Assembly (NCBI GenBank): GCA_033551855.1
Contig: JAWSUI010000014.1
Coordinates: 14,406 to 78,405, forward strand
DNA from: Deferrisomatales bacterium
Lineage (GTDB): Bacteria > Desulfobacterota > Deferrisomatia > Deferrisomatales > JACRMM01
Direction: 5' to 3'
DNA: 64,000 nucleotides
Positions 60,347 through 64,000 of this stretch are shown one piece after another (positions within the stretch are counted from its first letter, which is position 1; each line of letters opens with the position of its first letter). A model generated the notes under the pieces. It searched no databases, was not told the DNA's origin, and saw nothing but the letters and a program-made list of their open reading frames with translations. The position numbers and the translations under genes are program-made.

Positions 60347-61762
60347 TTACGGCCAGATCCCGAGCCGCTGGTACGCCACCGCGATCTTGTCGATGGCGGT
60401 GACGAACGCCGCGGTCCGCAGGTCCGCCCTTCCTGCCAGACGCTCCGCCGTGCCGCGGATCTCCTGATAGGCGTAGACCATCGTTTCCTCCAACCCGGAG
60501 GACACCAGGGCCTCTTCGCCCGGCCCCCTTGCCAAGTATCCGGCTTCCTCGGTGGAGAACCGCCCGCCCGTCATCCGCTCGACGGCCTGCACCAGGCCCC
60601 TGTGGATGTCTTCGTCGAAGCGCTTCTCCAGGCGCCCGAAGCGCACGTGGGAGAGGTTCTTGAGCCACTCGAAGTACGACACCGTGACTCCCCCGGCATT
60701 GAGGTACACGTCCGGAACGATCAGGGCGCCGCGGGCGAGCAGGATCTCCTCCGCTTGGGAGGTGGTGGGGCCGTTGGCCGCCTCCGCCACGATCTGGGCC
60801 CGCACCCGGGGCGCGTTCTCCGCAGTGAGCTGGTTCTCGAGGGCCGCCGGCACCAGGATGTCGCAGGGCAGCTCCAGGGCCCGCACCGACGGGGTGAGGC
60901 TCTCCGCCCCGGGGTAGCCCAGGAGGGAGCCCGTTGCCCGCCGGTGGGCCATCACCCGCTCCAGATTCAGCCCCCGGGGCGCGTGGATCGCGCCCTCGTA
61001 CTCCGCCAGCCCGATGAGGAGCACCCCTGCCTCCTCGAGGAAGCGGGCGGCGTGGTACCCCACGTTCCCGAGTCCCTGGACCACGGCGGTCTTCCCTTCG
61101 AGGCCTGCGGGTAGCCCCAGCGCCCTCATGTCCTCCGGGACGGAGCACGCCTCCCGCACTCCGAAGAAGACCCCTTTCCCGGTTGCCTCGACGCGCCCCC
61201 GCACGCCCCCCTGCCCCACCGGCTTGCCGGTGACGCAGGCCAGGCTGTAGAGCTTATCCGGGGCCAGGGCGCTGTAGGTATCGGCGATCCACGACATCTC
61301 CCGCGTACCCGTGCCGTAGTCCGGGGCCGGCACGTCCACCCCCGGGCCGATGAAGTTCTTTCGCACGAGCTCGTACGTGTAGCGCCTGGTGATCCGTTCG
61401 AGCTCGGCCTCCGAGTACCGGTGCCGGGCGATCCGGATCCCCCCCTTGGCGCCCCCGTGGGGGACGTCGACCACGGCGCACTTGAAGGTCATGAGCGCCG
61501 CCAGCGCCATCACTTCGTCCCGGCTCACCGCCAGGCTGTAGCGGATCCCTCCCTTCGTGGGGAGGCGATGCTGGCTGTGCTCCACCCGCCAGGCGCTCAC
61601 GACCTCGATGGAGCCGTCGTCTCGTCGAACCGGGAAGCTCAATTGGTAGACGCTGTTGCACTCACGGATCTGGCGGAGAAGGGTGGGGTCGTGGTCCGTG
61701 AAGGCCGCCGCACGGTTGAAGGTCCTTCTCACCTGATTCCAGAAGCTCACGCCGCGCGCCAT
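60347..61762 (-). CDS. gdhA: Glu/Leu/Phe/Val dehydrogenase (glutamate dehydrogenase)
   Basis: 'KGGIRY', 'GGAKGG', 'DVPAPD', 'QGLGNVG', 'NAGGVTVSYFEW'. Confidence 0.93.
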   Translation of the reverse strand: MARGVSFWNQVRRTFNRAAAFTDHDPTLLRQIRECNSVYQLSFPVRRDDGSIEVVSAWRVEHSQHRLPTKGGIRYSLAVSRDEVMALAALMTFKCAVVDVPHGGAKGGIRIARHRYSEAELERITRRYTYELVRKNFIGPGVDVPAPDYGTGTREMSWIADTYSALAPDKLYSLACVTGKPVGQGGVRGRVEATGKGVFFGVREACSVPEDMRALGLPAGLEGKTAVVQGLGNVGYHAARFLEEAGVLLIGLAEYEGAIHAPRGLNLERVMAHRRATGSLLGYPGAESLTPSVRALELPCDILVPAALENQLTAENAPRVRAQIVAEAANGPTTSQAEEILLARGALIVPDVYLNAGGVTVSYFEWLKNLSHVRFGRLEKRFDEDIHRGLVQAVERMTGGRFSTEEAGYLARGPGEEALVSSGLEETMVYAYQEIRGTAERLAGRADLRTAAFVTAIDKIAVAYQRLGIWP

Positions 61763-61807
61763 CCAGCCCTCCCTCCTCCCGCCGCGGGTCGGCCCCCTTG
61801 GGGGGGA

Positions 61808-63181
61808 CTATCCTCTTCCGGGGGCCCCCAGCAGCTCCCAGAGCCAGGCACTCGCGCGGATTCCTTTGCGGAAATCGCCCAGGTCGAGCTTTTCGTCGGG
61901 GCCATGGGCGCCGTCGTCGGGGCGCCCCAGTCCGAGCAGCACCACCGGCACCCCCAGGAGCCGCTGGAAGGCCTCTACCACCGGGATCGATCCCCCTTCC
62001 CGGGTGAAGACGGGGGCTGCGCCGAAGCCCCTGCGCAGGGCCTCCGCGGCGGCGCGTACGGCTGGGGACTCCACCGGGACGAGCACGGGGCGGGCCCCGT
62101 GGAGGCGGCGGACCTCCAGGCGGCAACCCGGAGGCGTCAGCTCCCGAAGCCTCGCCTCCACCCTCTCGGCGATCCGCTCCGGGTCCTGGTCCGGGACGAG
62201 CCGGCAGGAGAGCTTGGCCGAAGCTACTGCCGGCAGGACCGTCTTCGCGCCCTCCCCGGTGTATCCCGACCAGAGGCCGTTCACGTCCAGCGTCGGACGG
62301 GCCCACACCCGTTCCAGCACGGAGTAGTTTCGTTCCCCGGAGAGACACTCGACCCCGAGGTCGCGCCGGTAGGCATCCTCGTCGAAGGGAAGGGCCGCAA
62401 ACGCCTCCCTCTCCCAGGCCTCCAGGGGGCGGACGTCGTCGTAGAAGCCAGGCACCGCCACCCTCCCGGCACCGTCGTGGAGCGCGCCGACCATGCCCGC
62501 CAGGGCATTGGCCGGGTTCCTCACCGCACCCCCGAAGGACCCGGAGTGGAGATCCCGGGCCGGCCCGTGCAGCGTGAGCTCCAGGTACGCGAGGCCCCGA
62601 AGGCCGTAGGTGAGCGCCGGGACGCCCGGGGCGAACTGGGAGGAGTCGCTCACCACGACCGCATCGCACCGGAAGCGTTCCCGCCGTTCCCGGAGGAAGG
62701 GCTCTAGGTGGAGGCTCCCGGACTCCTCCTCGCCCTCGAAGAGGAACACCACGTTCACCGGCAGTCTCCCGCGGGACCCCAGGTGGGCCCGCACGGCTGC
62801 CAGGTGGCAGAAGAGCTGGCCCTTGTCGTCCGAGACCCCTCGAGCCACCACCTTCCCGTCCCGCACGGCAGGTTCGAACGGCGCCGAGGACCACGCGTCG
62901 AGGGGCTCGGCGGGCTGGACGTCGTAGTGGCCGTACACCAGGACCGTGGGCGCCCCGGGCGCCCCTCGCCACTGCGCCACCACCGCCGGGTGCCCCCCCG
63001 TCGCTTCCGCCTCGGCGGAGAGCCCCGCCTCGCGGCACCGGGCCGCCAGCCATTCCGCACAGCGCCCCACGTCCCGGGCGTGGGCCGGGTCGGCGCTCAC
63101 CGAAGGGATGCGCAGGAAATCGAAGAGTTCCTCGAGGACTTCCGTTTCGTGGGCGTCGAGCCAGGAGAGAACGTCGTCCAT
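61808..63181 (-). CDS. M20-family dipeptidase
   Basis: 'YGHYDVQP', 'ARGVSDDKGQ', 'EGEEESGS', 'DLHSG', 'GGSIP', 'HGPDE'. Confidence 0.93.
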   Translation of the reverse strand: MDDVLSWLDAHETEVLEELFDFLRIPSVSADPAHARDVGRCAEWLAARCREAGLSAEAEATGGHPAVVAQWRGAPGAPTVLVYGHYDVQPAEPLDAWSSAPFEPAVRDGKVVARGVSDDKGQLFCHLAAVRAHLGSRGRLPVNVVFLFEGEEESGSLHLEPFLRERRERFRCDAVVVSDSSQFAPGVPALTYGLRGLAYLELTLHGPARDLHSGSFGGAVRNPANALAGMVGALHDGAGRVAVPGFYDDVRPLEAWEREAFAALPFDEDAYRRDLGVECLSGERNYSVLERVWARPTLDVNGLWSGYTGEGAKTVLPAVASAKLSCRLVPDQDPERIAERVEARLRELTPPGCRLEVRRLHGARPVLVPVESPAVRAAAEALRRGFGAAPVFTREGGSIPVVEAFQRLLGVPVVLLGLGRPDDGAHGPDEKLDLGDFRKGIRASAWLWELLGAPGRG

Positions 63182-63270
63182 TCAGACCTCTGGGGCGGCA
63201 GGAGGGCGGCGGTGTGCTGGCGGACCAAGTTACCGCCGATGGCCCTCGCCCGCCAGCCCACGGATCGGGT

Positions 63271-63597
63271 TGGATCCACCGGCTGGTTGGCGAGCGGAGT
63301 CCGAGAGCCCCTGCGTTTCGCCCCGCAACCCGCGGCAATTCGAAGAGGTGCCCCAGCAGTCCCCGGTGCGCCGGGCCTATGAACGAAGCCACCTTCCTCG
63401 AATCCCCTCTCCCCCCGGGAGAGGGGCCTGGGGTGAGGGCAACCGTCCCGCGACTGGCCGGCGTTTCATCCCTCAGGGTGACCCGAAGGTCATGGGCACT
63501 TCACCCGCCTGCGCCGGCCTCGTCGGGTCGGTGGATGCGGTGCGGGGCTGCACTCCTGGGCTCCCGGACTCCGCCCCACAGTCTGGCGGTAAATTCT
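63271..63597. repeat. Dispersed repeat family 2, copy B (inverted), interrupted by a 123-bp insert
   Basis: Reverse complement of 47345-47560 on both sides of 63379-63501. Confidence 0.88.
63404..63439. repeat. REP-like palindrome inside the insert
   Basis: CCCCTCTCCC-ccc-GGGAGAGGGG-cct-GGGGTGAGGG. Confidence 0.7.
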
Positions 63598-63607
63598 GGT
63601 CGGCAGC

Positions 63608-63995
63608 CAGTGTTGTCCGGTTAGGTAGTTGCATGTAACCAGGATACGGCCCTATTATTTTCAGCCGTTATGCATTTTGTTGTTGACATAGCAGTAAATG
63701 GGTGAGCGCGATTTTTCGCAATTTCCTTGCACAATAAGGAGTTGCGGAAATGCTTCGAACTATCGCTCGTCTTGGAAGGCAGCTGACAGCTCGCACGTTC
63801 GGGAGATTGCGAAAGCCACTGAGGCACCTTCTTTCTACAGCTCCTCCACTGCTTGCCGGAGGAGATAGGCCGCTGCAGATGACCTTTGAAGATCAACTCA
63901 ACGTGCTCATCTACTTCCACCTCGAAGAGCATGCCTCGGGGCGACACCAGCAATTCCCGGGCACGGCTGAAACGGCGGAAACTGGGGCCTCTTGA
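63608..63995 (+). mobile_element. IS4-family insertion sequence remnant (left end plus truncated transposase N-terminus, ORF 63750-63995)
   Basis: Abrupt drop in GC from about 63608; AAGGAG RBS; 'GDRPLQMTFEDQL..LIYFHLEEH.SGRH' resembles deltaproteobacterial IS4 transposase N-termini; ORF stops at 81 aa. Confidence 0.65.
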
Positions 63996-64000
63996 GCGTA

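Overview
A GC-rich (roughly 70% by eye), gene-dense chromosomal segment. Gene content (multiheme cytochromes, NrfD module, RomX-like protein, DUF362, IorAB) suggests an anaerobic deltaproteobacterium (Desulfobacterota/Deferrisoma-like); this is inference. Housekeeping genes include purD, a cyclohydrolase-only purH, typA, ispDF, carD, dapF, rluD, pgeF, coaE, rho, gdh and hrpB. Notable modules: (1) a 17-kb co-oriented lipid locus, in which a Bacillus-type fadD-fadR-fadN-fadA-fadE operon with a perfect palindromic operator is followed by a lipoprotein lipase-DUF1302-DUF1329-YCF48/BNR-RND/MMPL cassette, a candidate envelope-spanning lipid capture and import system; (2) a minimal MlaEFD whose long MlaD has a beta-barrel-like C-terminus; (3) a tetraheme cytochrome-Tat polyferredoxin-NrfD module with no catalytic subunit; (4) a cobalamin riboswitch controlling a lone 85-aa unknown protein; (5) an orphan fliA-fliM-fliN-PilZ cluster. 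Non-coding signals include two families of ~200-nt self-complementary dispersed repeats (3 and 2 copies, one with compensatory changes and a nested REP-like insert), heptamer-repeat hairpins, a BirA operator, several sigma70 promoters and an IS4-family remnant at the right edge. No rRNA, tRNA or CRISPR array was seen. All assignments come from motif recognition by eye; no searches were run.
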